Source: Anolis carolinensis
Lineage: Eukaryota
Direction: 5' to 3'
Assembly (NCBI RefSeq): GCF_035594765.1
Contig: NC_085842.1
Coordinates: 17,832,782 to 17,896,781 of the forward strand
Length of the DNA stretch: 64,000 bases
Both the position numbers and the translations under genes were made by a program. Positions 11,949-25,380 of this stretch are shown piece by piece (positions within the stretch are counted from its first letter, which is position 1; each line of letters begins with the position of its first letter). The notes under the pieces are model-generated. The model did no database searches. It saw nothing but the letters and a program-made list of their open reading frames with translations, and had not been told where the DNA came from.

Positions 11949-12322
11949 CTGGAAGAGCACAGAGTATTCCCAAAGTAGTATGGAGAAATTTCAAAAATAT
12001 CACAGCTCTATATGCAGAAACTGCATGGGCTTTTTGAAAAGAATAATTCTGAGATGGCAACTTAACAAAGGCCGTATCTCCCCCCCCCCCCATTATTTTC
12101 ATTGTAATATCTGGGGGTCAATATATTTGAGTAGACCAGCAGCCGAGCTTACAGTGGATATGGAGGTGACAGGAGGAAGGGCAGAGCAGGTGGGAAAAAA
12201 GGCAGAACGAGCAGAGTCCGGCTTCTCCCCCACATCGGTCCCATCTTGGAAGAAAGGCAGGGCATATGTTTAATCTATCCCTCAGTCCCAAGGTTAGTGG
12301 AACCAAGAGGAAATGCTCTCAC

Positions 12323-12703
12323 CTGTTCTTCCTGCCTCTTGTCCTCTGCCCAACTCAGGAGGAAGCCTTCCGCCAGGGCCACCGCCTGGGAACAGGTCTC
12401 TGCCCCACACTCTCGGACCCAGCTCCCCATCTCTGGGGGCAGGAGGCTCAGGAACTGCTCCAGGATCACCAGGTCCAGCATCTCAGCCTTGGTGTGTTGC
12501 TCTGGCTTCAGCCACTGGCGGCAGAGATCGTGGAGGCGGCTGCAAACCTCTCTGGGCCCCTCGCCCTCTCGGTAGGAGGACTGCCTGAAGCGCTGGTGCT
12601 GTATGTGCACATTCAAAAACGTCTGCATAGTTCTCTCCCAGTATTCCCCACTGCTCCCAGCGACCCTGCCTGCTTCAGGTCCAGGTGAGTTGGGTCTCTC
12701 CAT
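12323..12703 (-). CDS. Unit B, SCAN exon coding part (acceptor 12826)
   Basis: SCAN domain; 381 nt from ATG to cag|gtgag donor as in all units. Confidence 0.9.
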
Positions 12704-13488
12704 GTTGGAACCACCCTCACGAAGATCCAAACCGTATCCAAAATGCTTTCCCTCCCTCTTCTTTTAAGGGAAAGAAATCACTCAAGAGGCTCTACTCCAA
12801 ATTCTCAGCCAATAATCACATTTCATCTGTGAAAGAAAGACAGAATTAGACAGACGTGCGGGAGGCTTTTTCTTGGGAGTGTTAAAAAACAACCCCTTTA
12901 TTTATTTCAGGTAATGCTGGACATTCCTTCCTCTTGGGCCTCTGCTTCTCCAGCCTCCAGACCCACCTGGCCTCCCATTGAGCTCCCATTCAGTCCCAAC
13001 CCACACAATCCCCCCATGATTCCTTCAGCTGATGCTACATGATCCATAGCCTTTCTTGTAAAGAAGAACCAAGAGACTTTGAAACAAGAACCAAAAATCA
13101 ACATAACAACTAAGGTAAAATATTTGGAAACACAGATGACAAACAGAAACACTGAATTGTTTAAAAACTTATGGGGGGAAAAGAGGACACAGCAGACAGG
13201 TGAGTGGGTTGGAAGGGGAAAGCCATTGGCCCTCTGCCTGCCTGCCTCTCTCCTCTGAAAGACATCTGATGGAGGAGTGATAGTTTCACAGTCTGTTGTG
13301 ATGACCCCCAATCCCATGTGAGTGCAGGCCTGGGCCAACTTCGTCCCTCCCTCCAGGTGTTGTGGGCCTCAACCCCTCTTTGGCCCTTTGGAGAAGGTCT
13401 GGGAATAAGTAAGACTCGCCAGAAAGAGAGGAAGGAGGAGGAGGAGGAGGAGGGAGAGGCCAAATGGACAAACTCCCCTCTCTCAGCC

Positions 13489-13614
13489 AGGCAAGGAAGG
13501 ACTAAGGGGAGTAAGTTTGGTTCCTAGACAGTAAGGAAAGCTTGGTCTAAGGAAGCCCACTTCCTTCCAGCCTCTCTGGGAACCAAACTCCCTCCCCTTA
13601 ACCCTTCCTTGCCC
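13489..13614. promoter_or_regulatory. Unit B 5' inverted-repeat/ETS block
   Basis: paralog of 1661-1786. Confidence 0.5.
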
Positions 13615-13987
13615 AGCGTTACACTAAAAGGAGGGGGAAAGAGCATCTCCCAAAAGCCCTGGAACCAAAGGACTCAAGATGATGGCATACATATAGTCAT
13701 GGAAGAAACATTCAAATTCATAGGAAAAATAGTTAGATATATCCTCTCCCTGTCAAACCATTGTTGGGCAAGTGGGCTTAATAACAAAGACCCTCCTCAT
13801 AAATGTATAACAGAGCAACTCTTCAGCAGCGGCAGGATCCAGCACCAGGAGCCCAAAGTGATGAAAAGGGACAAAAACACGCAGACCAATGTTATATCTC
13901 CCAAAGGAGGCCTTTCTTTGTCGTAAAATAATATCATTGCACTATGTACAATAGCAAGGTTTCTATAATACAAATAAATACATAATA

Positions 13988-14327
13988 CAGTGTTCCCTCA
14001 CTTATTGCTGGGGTTAGGCTCCAGGACCACCCGCGATATTTGAAAATCCACTAAGTAGGGACACTATATTTATTTAATATTTATACATTATTTTGTAGTT
14101 GTACTATTTTAAGTCTTTATCGGCCAATCGTCTGTTGATAAATCGCCTCCTTCTCCTCCCGTTACCGCTTGGACTCCTTTTCTCTCCCTTTGGCTTCTCC
14201 GTCCTCCCTTTCTTTAGGCTGTAAATTGTAATTTTTTATGATTTATAATAGTCTTTTAGAGTTTATTCAAAAACCGTGAAACAGCGAATCCGCGAAAAGT
14301 GAACCGCAAAGTAGTGAGGGAACACTG
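13988..14327. mobile_element. Tigger-like MITE family 2
   Basis: TIR CAGTGTTCCCTCAC...GTGAGGGAACACTG. Confidence 0.75.
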
Positions 14328-14339
14328 CATCTTTAACAC

Positions 14340-14966
14340 GGAGCCCCCGATGGCGTGGTGGGTTAAACCGTTGAGCTGAAGCTCGAATCTGGGGAGCAGA
14401 GTGAGCTCCAACTGTTAACCCCAGCATCTGCCAACCCAGCAGTTCGAAAACATGCAAATGTGAATAGACCAATAGGTACTGCTACGGTGCAAAGGTAATG
14501 GCTCTCCATGCAGTCATGCCGGCCACATGACCTTGGAGGTGTCTACAGACAACGCCGGCTCTTCGGCATAGAAATGGAGATGAGCACCAACCCCCAGAGT
14601 CGGTCACGACTGGATTTAACGTCAGGGGAAAACCTTTACCTTTACCTATGATACTTTTTAGCTTTAGCACAAAGCCCCCGGTGGTGCAGTTGGTTTAACC
14701 GTTGAGCTGCAGCTCAAATCTGGGGAGCAGAATGAGCTCCCACTGTTAGTCCCAGCATCTGCCAACCCAGCAGTTCAAAAACATGCCAATGTGAATAGAC
14801 CAATAGATACTGCTCCGGCGCAAAGGTAATGGCTCTCCATGCCGGCCACATGACCTTGGAGGTGTCTATGGACAACGCTGGCTCTTCGGCTTAGAAATGG
14901 AGATGAGCACCAACCCCCAGAGTCAGTCATGACTGGACTTAACGTCAGGGGAAACTTTTACCTTTA
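14340..14966 (+). mobile_element. Two tandem Sauria SINEs (14340-14646, 14673-14966)
   Basis: tRNA-derived heads, (ACCTTT)n tails. Confidence 0.85.
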
Positions 14967-16385
14967 CTTAGCTTTAACATGAAGAACTTTCACACACAGG
15001 AGCTTTAAAACACGAGGCTTCTCTCAAACAGGTTTACCTCAGACTGACTGAGGAGTTCCCTCACTGAGGCAAAAACTACTACCAACAGGCTTCGGCCTAG
15101 TCACTCTCCTCAAGGCGACGCTAGCTTTGGCCCACTCACTCTGACAGGCTTCGGCCTACACTTCTGTAATCCAAAATACCCAGTTAATATTTAATATTTC
15201 TGACAACCATTGCTCCCCAACCTCACAGAACATTAAAGGTAACCTGTCAGTCCAGGCAACAGAGCAGAGCAGATCGGAGCAGGGCATTCATCCCCAACAG
15301 AAAGAGAATGTATCAACATCGGGTGAAGTCCCATGGCTCCCTTTTCCGAGAAGGAGGAACACAGACTTCGGAGGGAGATACAACAAAAGCACCCAACACA
15401 AGCAGGCTCTTCATTGAGAAATCCCCTGCTGCCATAGCTTCTCTCCAAAGCACCATTCAGCTAAGGAAGGGGAATCTGAATTCAGAGTTTTGTTAGAAGG
15501 GTGTCACTGATTTTCACATTTCAGTCTTGCACATGACTGCTACAAAGGAGGGGCTGTAGGTACCATAAGCCAGAAAAATAGTAAACTATTGCCTATGTAG
15601 CTTTGCCTGTGCATATGCCCCTCCCTTCTTGTGAGCTGGCGCCTTTCTCCAGAATGTTCCAAGACCCAAAATTAGCTTGAAATCAACAAGTTAGGTCATT
15701 GGTATCACTTGTGCCAAGTAGGTGTGGAAGGTGAGGAAGACCCTCAGCCATTGGTTAATTTTAGATAAGCCGAGATATAAAATTCTTTGTTTGCTACACA
15801 TATGTTGCGACGGCCATTTGCATGGTACGGACCCACAAAATGGGTACCTACGGCTGTTTTGCCTTTGTGATAATAATAAAAGGCTTGTTTTGTTGCTCTC
15901 CTGGAATTCTCTCCTTTACTTCCCCTCTGGGCTAGTCTCCAACAGGGCAAATATAATGGAATAATAAGGAGATATACCCACCCAGCCTTTCTCCAGTACA
16001 ACTGACTTAACTCTGTGGTGCAGATTTTCATCCACCTTGTTAGAATAAGTAGAACCAAAAAAAAAGAGCCCAAAATACATTTGGTATGCTTGAAATTTTG
16101 ATGGCGTACTTGATATCCAACTTATGCCTTTGCTCCTCAATCCATTTCCTTGGTAGATGATGGTAAATTGTATTACTGGTTCCTGCACACTGCACGAATA
16201 TATTGCACACCCCAATTTTGGCATGGTCATTTAGCCAAAAAAGGTGTACCTTAAAATCGCATAAATACAGTAATCTCTTTAGTGGTTATTAAATTTTCTC
16301 AAACAATTGGAAGTGACTAGTTGGGAAGCTTGTATTAATTGTACAAAGGCTGTTGTTGTTTTTATTCTACAGACAAACTTATTTA

Positions 16386-17064
16386 CTGTATATTCGGGGT
16401 GAGAAGGGCGGAATATAAATGCTGTAAATAAATAAATAAAATATACTCGAGTATAAGCCGACCTGAATATAAGCCACAGCACCTAATTTTACCACAAAAC
16501 AAACCTGGGAAAACATTGACTCAAGTATAAGCCGAGAGGTGGTAAATTTCAGAAATAAAAATAGATACCAATAAAATTACATTAATTGAGGCATCAGTAG
16601 GTTAAATATTTTTGAATATTTACATAAAGCTCAAATTTAAGATAAGATTGTCCAACTCTGATTAAATCATTATTCTCATCTTCTTCAATGTAAATGTGCT
16701 TATGTATCCATTTAATAATAATAGAGTAAAATAATACAGTAGAGTCTCACTTATCCAACATAAACGGGCTGGCAGAACTTTGGATAAGCAAATATGTTGG
16801 ATAACAAAGAGAGATTAAGGAAAAGCCTATTAAACATCAAATTAGGTTATGATTTTACAAATTAAGCACCAAAACATCATGCTATACAACAAATTTGACA
16901 GAAAAAGTAGTTCAATATGCAGTAATGCTATGTAGTAATTACTGTATTTAAGAATTTAGCACCAAAATATCACGATTTATTGAAAACATTGACTACAAAA
17001 ATGCGTTGGATAATCCAGAATGTTGGATAAGCGAGTGTTGAATAAGTGAGACTCTGCTGTACAT

Positions 17065-17128
<64 letters not shown>

Positions 17129-17446
17129 CAGGAAAATAATACATGTAATAATAGAGTAAAATAATAAATGTAATAATAATAATAAGATCAGAGTGAAATA
17201 ATAAATGTATTAATAATAATAAAAATAGAGTAAAATAAATATAATAGTAGCAACAATAGAGAAAAATAATAAATGTAATAATACCAATAATAATAGAGAA
17301 AAATAATAAATGTACCATATATTCTCGAGTATAAGCTGAACCAAATATAAACCAACCAGGACCCTCACCTGAGTATAAGCTGAGGGGCACTTTTTTAGTC
17401 TTAAAAAAAGGGTTGAAAAACTAGGCTTATACTCGAGTATATACAG
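16386..17446. mobile_element. Tc1/pogo-like non-autonomous element with nested family-1 MITE (16737-17059) and (AAT)n tract
   Basis: TATACTCGAGTATAAGCC ... GGCTTATACTCGAGTATATACAG inverted ends. Confidence 0.7.
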
Positions 17447-18398
17447 TAGTTCTTTGGGAAATTTCTATATCCATCTTTGTAGGACATTAAAACTATTAGT
17501 TACGTAAAATAGGTGAAAACAATCTAAAACTTCCCATATGGACATCAATACTATAAAGTGCAATATAGCCTAAGCTTCTGTGCAACTGAAAAAAAAGCTA
17601 TTTTTTCCTTAATGTAAGATCTAGGGACAAAAATTCTGCAAAACAAATCAAATTCTCCTACTCTATAACAAAATCAATGATATATAACATTGTTAATTCT
17701 AAAATAACAACAGGACTCGTGTTTGTCAATTTAATGTGGATTAAAAGTGTCTGTGCCAGCAGCAGGGAAACAGATAGTAAATGCTAGCCAGAGATACAAT
17801 TTGCACATTAAGGGAAAAAATAGTGCAAGCATCTTTTCCTTTGACTTGGCCACAACAGAAGCACTGTGAACAATTCTGGAATCCTAGAACTGAAAACAAC
17901 ATTCGCAAACTGGAAATTTGCAACCAAGGTGGTAAAGGAGTTGAAAGCTAAGCCCAGAGGAACAATTAATGGAATTACATATGGGCTTTTTCTCAAATAA
18001 GGGACATAATAATTATATTTAAACTTCTGAAGGATTGTCACAGAAAGCTTGATTTCTGCTGCTCCAGAGAAGAGGACCTCAATTTAGGGAATCAAATAAC
18101 AAGAAAGGAGACTCCACCAAATCTTAGGCAAAACTTCACAAATGGTTCTGCTAATATGGGTGCCCAGAGAAGAAAAAGAGTTCTCCAAAACAGTCCCAAG
18201 TAAAAAAAAAAAAAAAAAAGGTGAAAAACTGGAACAGAGTTCAAAACCATGAAGACAATTGTCTAAGAAATCAGTCCAAAGTCAAGCCATGTGTTGCTGG
18301 AAGCCACCGGAATCACACGTGTTCATCGAGAAATGTTGAATGTATCGTCTACAGCACCAAAATTTCCACAACCTGCAATTTCCCTGTTGAAATTCATT

Positions 18399-19792
18399 TT
18401 ATAACTTTTGTCTCAGCTCTTTGGGTGGTTTTTCTCCTCTATGAATTCTCTGGTGGCTCACGAGAGATGACCTCTGATTAAAACATTTCCCACACTCCTG
18501 GCATTGGTATGGTTTCTCTCCTGTGTGGAGTCTTTTGTGCCTCCCCAAGTTTGAACTGCGAGCAAAACATTTCCCACACTCTTGGCATTGGTATGGTTTC
18601 TCTCCTGTGTGGTGTCTTTTGTGCCTCACCAATTGTGAACTGCGAGCAAACCAATTCCCACACTCCTGGCATTGGTATGGTTTCTCTCCTGTGTGGAGTC
18701 TTTTGTGGCTCACCAAGGCTGAACTGTCAGCAAAACATTTCCCACACTCCTGGCATTGGTAAGGCTTCTCTCCCGTGTGGAGTCTTTTGTGTTTCACCAA
18801 GGCTGAACTGTCAGCAAAACATTTCCCACACTCCTGGCATTGGAATGGCTTCTCTCCTGTGTGGAGTCTTTTGTGGTTCACCAAGGCTGAACTGTTAGTA
18901 AAACATTTCCCACACTCCTGGCATTGGTATGGCTTCTCTCTTGTGTGGAGTCTTTTGTGGCTCACCAAGGCTGAACTGTCAGTAAAACATTTCCCACACT
19001 CCTGGCATTGGTATGGCTTCTCTCCTGTGTGAAGCCTTTTGTGGCTCACCATGTTTGAACTGGAAGTAAAACATTTCCCACACTCCTGGCATTGGTATGG
19101 CTTCTCTCCTGTGTGGATTCTTTTGTGCCTCACCAAGCCTGAACTGTCAGCAAAACATTTCTCACACTCTTGGCATTGATATGGTTTCTCTCCTGTGTGG
19201 AGTCTTTTGTGGCTCACCAAGGCTGAACTGTCAGAAAAACATTTCCCGCACTCCTGACATTGGTATGGCTTCTCCCCTGTGTGGAGTCGTTTGTGTTTCA
19301 CCAAATCTGAATTGGAAGCAAAACATTTCTCACACTCCTGGCATTGGTGTGGCTTCTCTCCTGTGCGGAGTTTTTTGTTGCTCACCAAGTTTGAACTGTG
19401 AGGAAAACATTTCCCAGACTCCTGGTCTCTGTATGATTCCTGTCCTGTGTTAAATTTCTCGTGTTTTCCCAAGTGTGAACTCTGGATAAAAGATTTCCCA
19501 TACTCCTGGCTTATGAAATCCTCGGTTCCTTCAAAGATTTCTTGTTGGCTCAGATGTGGCAATTTGTAATCAGCAACACATTTTGCTGATACCTTCCATT
19601 TGAGATGGCTTTTCCCAGCACGGAATATTTTAGTTTGGGTAAAATATTGCCCAGATACATTGCATTTGTAGAGCATTTCTCTGGCAGAACCTTCATCTTC
19701 TTGGTGGGTTTGCTGGTGTCTAGGAAGGCCCCCATTGTGCCCAAAAGGTTTACTGGATTCGGTGTATACATTGCTCTTCTTCCTGTTATCTG
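18399..19792 (-). CDS. Unit C, C2H2 zinc-finger exon (11 intact fingers plus degenerate N-terminal fingers)
   Basis: open frame; TGEKP linkers; cacag|cag acceptor. Confidence 0.93.
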
Positions 19793-20249
19793 CTGTGGAG
19801 AAGAAGGACAGAAACAATCATTCCTCAATGTGAGTGATAAGGACTCTAAGGTATAAATGCTGAACTCTCCCCACCCCTTGTTAAGTAAGGATTGACACTG
19901 TTTGACTGACTGGAGGCTCTAAGGGAGAACGGAGTAACAACTATGTTCCAGAGTATGCCTGTTGTTCAGCCCAGCCTGTTTTTTTTATTCTGCCTCCCTC
20001 TCCCTTTTCCCTTCACATTCAAATCCTTGCCTTTTTCTCTAGCTAAACTTTACTTTGCTACCACCCATTTCACAATCATTCCCTTCTTTTTATTTCTCTC
20101 CCCATGTGACTGTAAACAAAAAGTCCAAGCCCCAGTCATTCACAAGTACTGAACATAGAACACATTATGTTGCAGGTCACCATCTTGCAAATGACTAAGG
20201 TTAGAAATTATTTGTGTGCTGGGAGAGGTAGTGTAAAAAGAGAGCCTAA

Positions 20250-20418
20250 CTTCTGTTTTACATTTCTTTGAAGACCATGCATTATCATCGGGATTGTACT
20301 TTCTGTTTCACTTATTTATTTATTTATTTACAGTATCTTTATCTTTATTTTGGCTGAAGTAAAGCCTTTTTATTTACTTTCACTTGTGTCTAAGGCTGTT
20401 TCTGGCATAAAACCGGAC
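20250..20418 (+). mobile_element. 3' remnant of the LTR-like element seen complete at 49954-50407
   Basis: aagaccatgcattatcatc...aaaaccggac shared with unit E intron, absent from units B and D. Confidence 0.6.
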
Positions 20419-21169
20419 TGTTAGCCTGGTTGGCTGGAAGGAAAAACAAGGTTAAATTTCACCCCCAGAAAAACATGTATAGCTCCGTCTGCGTATCTGA
20501 TGCCAGGGGAGGTTTCTTCTTTTTGATGCTTCACTCTCCGGCCCCACTCTCCAGCCAATCAATCTGTGCAGTGACTCTTAATAGATTTCCAAGAAGCCCG
20601 AATTGCTGGGCAGAAGCATGTAAGCAGACATCAAGAGCAAATCGGCTTTTGCAAAACAACTCTTTTCAATCATTTTCCATACTCCTTTTGGCTTCAGGCA
20701 TGGCGTGGCTTTCCAAGCCGTCCAAGGGTACACAGGATGCAAAACCAGGTGGCTGTAAAAATGTGCCTGAAGTCAGGAGAGTTTTGCTGAGTTACCTTCT
20801 GAAATCTGCTCCCCCCTCCCCTGCCTCTCTCTCTCAAACACACTCACAGAGAGAGAGAGATAGTGTGACTGATCTGGGATGATCACTGGTGAGAGGTTTT
20901 CCAGGGAGCCCAGTTGCTGCGAGGAAGTGTGGTACTCTTGGACTAGACTCCAGTTATGGAAGTCTTCCCACTGGAGTCCGAATTGGTGCTAAGATTGCTG
21001 TTGCTCAGACACCAAGTCAATATTACTCTTATGTCATATATTTCTAACATAAGCCCTGCCTTGAGAACTTTCAGTGATTGTGATGATTTAGGATCCTGCT
21101 CCCACTAGGGAACTGCTGATTGGGATACTGCATTTCGAAATAGAAATCCCATCAGTGAGGAAGCCTTAC

Positions 21170-21296
21170 CAAGAGAGTCCACAATCCCACGAATCTCCTC
21201 CATGATCTGCATGTGCAATACTATCTGATCAGGATTCAGGAGAACCCACTCCTCCAGGGAGAAATGGACAGCCACGTCCTCAAAGGCGATTGGGCC
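21170..21296 (-). CDS. Unit C, KRAB-A exon (127 nt)
   Basis: GPIAFEDVAVHFSLEEWVLLNPDQ; AG/GT boundaries. Confidence 0.88.
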
Positions 21297-22365
21297 CTGG
21301 TGGAAAAAAAAATCCTTCTCACATAAGTGCTATCAAGAAAAATAATTACAAGAAAATCTTTAAAATAGATGTACATTCTTGTTGGGTTTTTGAAAGAGAA
21401 AGGGCTATGGCTTCCATGCCATAGTATAAGATTTGTAGAGACAACCGGTTTGCCACCGTAACAACAATTTCTTAATTGATATTTAGAATCAGAAATAGAA
21501 TGTGGATATGTTCCAACTTTTATTGTTGTGCCCAGAACTGGACACAGTGTTATTCCAGGTGAGGTCTCACCAAAGCAGAAAGGTAACCATGACTTCCCTT
21601 AATGTAGACACTACATTCCTTTGGATGCTCATGTTCAATTTCTGGTCCTCTAAAACTCCAAGATGACTTTCACATGAACTGTTGTCGAGCCACGTGTCAC
21701 CCATCCTGTATCTGTGCATTGCATATTTCCTGCCTTAGTGTACTATCCTACATTTCTCCTTCTTGAAATTAATTTTGTTCATTTTCACCCAGCTCTGTAA
21801 TCTGTTAAGGCCATTTTGAATTTTCATCCTGTCTCTGGAGCATTCGCTATTCATCTTAGTTTGGTGTCATCTGGAAATATGATACGCATGCCCTCTAAAC
21901 CTTCATCCAAGTCATTAAGAAAGATGCTGAACACTACTGAGCCCTGAAAAGAACCCTGCGGCACCAGGGATTCAGTCACTCAACCAATTACTAATTCACC
22001 TCACACTAGTGTCATCTAGCCCATTTTTACTAGTTTGTAAGATCATGGAAGGCCTTGCCAAAGGCCTTAAAGAAGTCTAGATGTGCTACTTCAACTAATA
22101 ATAGTCCCCTTCGAGGTGAGAAGGGCGGTATATAAATACTGTAAATAAATAAATAAATAAATAAATAAACTTTATTTATATCCCGCCACTATGTCCCCTA
22201 AGAGACTCGGGGGAGCTCACTTGTTGGCACTATTTACAATTGTGCCTTCAGTATCTCACTTTTAAGAAACTGTTTTCTGTTTCAATAGATGTTTGATGAT
22301 TGTGCTTGGAATAAATGATACCCAGGCAGTTCCAGTCCTCCTCTCCCAGGAATCCTTCTGCTTAC

Positions 22366-22436
22366 CTGATTCAGTTCCACTCCATCACAAAGGGGAAGAA
22401 ATGACTGAGGATTCAGCAACAACATCGTTCCAGCCC
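22366..22436 (-). CDS. Unit C, second linker exon (71 nt)
   Basis: AG/GT boundaries, phase 1 to 0. Confidence 0.78.
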
Positions 22437-23019
22437 CTGGAAGAGAGAGCAAGGTGTGGAAAGCTGGTCACATAAACATGTCTCAGGGTGACAATGATGA
22501 TCCTATAAAGAAACCCAGGAGGAAATGACCCTTAGAACACAGGGGGCATTCTCCAGCCCAGTATTTGTGGCACAAGTTCCAATGGATCATCTGATCATTG
22601 TTGTAGTCGTTGTTATTGTTGTATGAGTAGATTTTGTGCATTTATTCCATACACGTCATTTATCTATGACAACATTTTCCCATTTCTCAGTTTTCCTCCT
22701 TTCTAAATCATCCACTCATTTATCGAATATATTTTAGTTCTGTTCACTCTTTTCTTTTCTCCCCCCACTCCATACCCATACTCAATTTCCATTATAATTT
22801 TAACTTCATCCATGAGCTCTGCTTTTCCCACCTCAGTACAATATTTACATTGGCTTCTCTACTTTTATCCATTATATACCTGTATAATCATCTCATGGCC
22901 AAATGATCCTGCATGTGCACTGTCTCAAGCTCAAACTGATTGTGGATGTGCTACAATCCCCCCGAGGGGAATTTACACTGGCACAAAACACCAAAACTCC
23001 CTGAAGGGTTTGTTCCTAC

Positions 23020-23146
23020 CCTGCAATGCTGCAGCTCCATCTTCTTTCTGCTTCAGCTCTTTCTGCCTGAGACTCTGGATGGTGACCGATTGACATTTCT
23101 CTGATGCAGGGAAATTAGACTGGACTTCAATACAGTTGTTTTGGGC
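23020..23146 (-). CDS. Unit C, first linker exon (127 nt)
   Basis: AG/GT boundaries, open frame. Confidence 0.8.
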
Positions 23147-23479
23147 CTGAAAGAACACAGAGAAGTTCAGAGATAGTATGGAGAAAGATTAGAATTTTTT
23201 TTCCAAAGGTGCAGAAACTGCATTCTGAGATTGGCCATATTCCAACTTCCATCATTTTCAATGTAATATCTGGGGTCAATAATTTTGAGGTGAGCAGCAA
23301 CCAAGCTTACAGTGGATATGAAGAAGACAGCAGGAGGGGCAGAGCAGGTGGGAAAGAGGCAGAGGGAGCAGAGTCTGGCTTGCCCCCCACATCGGTCCCA
23401 TCTTGGAAGAAAGGCAGGACATACTTTTAATCTATCCATCAGTCGCAAAGTTAGTGAAACCAAGAGGAAATGCTCTCAC

Positions 23480-23860
23480 CTGTTCTTCCCGCCTCTTGTC
23501 CTCTGCCCGACTCAGGAGGAAGCCTTCTGCCAGGGCCACCGCCTGGGAACAGGTCTCTGCCCCACACTCTCGGACCCAGCTCCCCATCTCTGGGGGCAGG
23601 AGGCTCAGGAACTGCTCCAGGATCACCAGGTCCAGCATCTCAGCCTTGGTGTGTTGCTCTGGCTTCAGCCACTGGCGGCAGAGATCGTGGAAGTGGCTGC
23701 AAACCTCTCTGGGTCCCTCGCCCTCTTGGTAGGAGGACTGCCTGAAGCGCTTGTGGTGTGTGTGCATATTCATGAACGTCTGCGTAGTACTTTCCGCGGA
23801 TTCCCCACTGCTCTCAGGAGTCCTGCCTGCTTCAGGTCCAGGTGAGTTGGGTTTCTCCAT
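23480..23860 (-). CDS. Unit C, SCAN exon coding part (acceptor 23984)
   Basis: SCAN domain; 381 nt. Confidence 0.9.
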
Positions 23861-24646
23861 GTTGGAACCACTCTGATGAAGAACCAAACCGTATCCAAGA
23901 TGTCTTTCCTCCCTCTTCATTCAAGGGAAAGAAGTCCGTCAACAGGCTCTACTCCAAAATTCTCAGCCTATAATCACATTTCCTCTGTGAAAGGAAATCA
24001 GAATTAGACAGGAGGTTTCGGGAGACTTTTTCTTGGAGAGTAAAAAAAAAACTAGCCCTTTATTTATTTCAGAGCCAGGTAATGCTGAACCCTCCTTTCC
24101 CTTGGGCCTCTGCTTCTCCAGCCTCCAGACCCACCTGGCCTCCCATTGAGCTCCCATCCAGTCCCAACCCACACTATCCTCCCATGATTCCTTCAGCTGA
24201 TGCTATATGATCCATAGCCTTTCTTGTAAAGAAGAACCAAGAGACTTTGAAACAAGAGATAAAAATCAATATAACATCTTTTCCTTTGAAATGCACAATG
24301 AAGACTTATGGGGGGAAAAGAGGGCCCAGGCAGGCAGGTGAGGGGGTTGGCAGGGGAAGGCCATTGGCCCTCTGCCTGCCTGCCTCTCCTCCGAAGGATT
24401 TCCCTGATGGAGGATTGGATGATTCCAATCCCAGGTGAGTGCAGGCCTGGGCCAACTTCGTCCCTCCCTCCAGGTGTTGTGGGCCTCAGCCCCTCTTCGG
24501 CCCTTTGGAGAAGGAGGTCTGGGAACAAGACTCACCAGAAGGAGGAGGAGGAGGAAAAGGATGAGACAAGCTGCAAGGAGGAGGAGGAGGAGGAGGAGGA
24601 GGAGGAGGAGGAAGAAGCCAAAGGGACAAACTCCTCTCTCCCAGCC

Positions 24647-24772
24647 GGGCCAGGAAGGGTTAAGGAGAGAGAGTTTGATTCCTAGAGGGACATGAAACGC
24701 AGGTCTATGGGGGCCCACTTCCTTCCTGCCTCTCTGGGAACCAAACTCTCTCCCCTTAACCCTTCCTTGCCC
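24647..24772. promoter_or_regulatory. Unit C 5' inverted-repeat/ETS block, next to (GGA)n tract 24577-24611
   Basis: paralog of 1661-1786; GTGAGTC donor near 24534. Confidence 0.5.
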
Positions 24773-24840
24773 AGCATTACACTGGAAGGAGGGGAAAAGA
24801 GCATCTCTCAAAATCCCTGGAACCAAAGGACTAAAGATTA

Positions 24841-25028
24841 TTTCTTTTTCATGTTAGGAGTGACTTGAGAAACTGCAAGTCGCTTCTGGCGTGAGAGAAT
24901 TGGCCATCTCTCGTGTCCTCGCATAAGAAGCTAGAGCTCACCCCTCTCACTGGATTCAAATCTCCAGCCTTTCGGTCATCAGTCCTGCCTACACAAGAGA
25001 TTTAACCCACTGAGACACCGGGGGCTCT
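24841..25028 (-). mobile_element. Diverged tRNA-SINE (related to lizard SINE2 copies)
   Basis: tail resembles CTCCTGACACGAAAA; actaaagat direct repeats on both sides. Confidence 0.55.
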
Positions 25029-25380
25029 TACTAAAGATGATGGCATAGATATAGTGATGGAAGAAAAATCCCATATTCATAGGATATATATATTATTACC
25101 CTGTCAAACCATTGCTCCCAACCCCACTGAACATTAAAGGCAACCAATCAGTCCAGGGAGCAAAGCAGGGCAGGGCCTCCATCAGAAAGAGAATGTGTCA
25201 AGTCCCATAGCTCCCTTTTCCCAAGGAGACGGAACACAGACTTTGGTGGGAGACACAACAAAAGCACCCACCACAAGCAGGCTCTTCATTGCAGACGATC
25301 TTAGAGAAATCCCCTGCTGCAATAGCTTCTCTCCAAAGCATTCTGCTAAGGCAGGGGAATCCGAATTCAGAGTTTTGTTA

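Noticed and set aside
16977-17390. Hydrophobic poly-Ile ORF
   Set aside because: Translation of (AAT)n microsatellite inside nested MITEs
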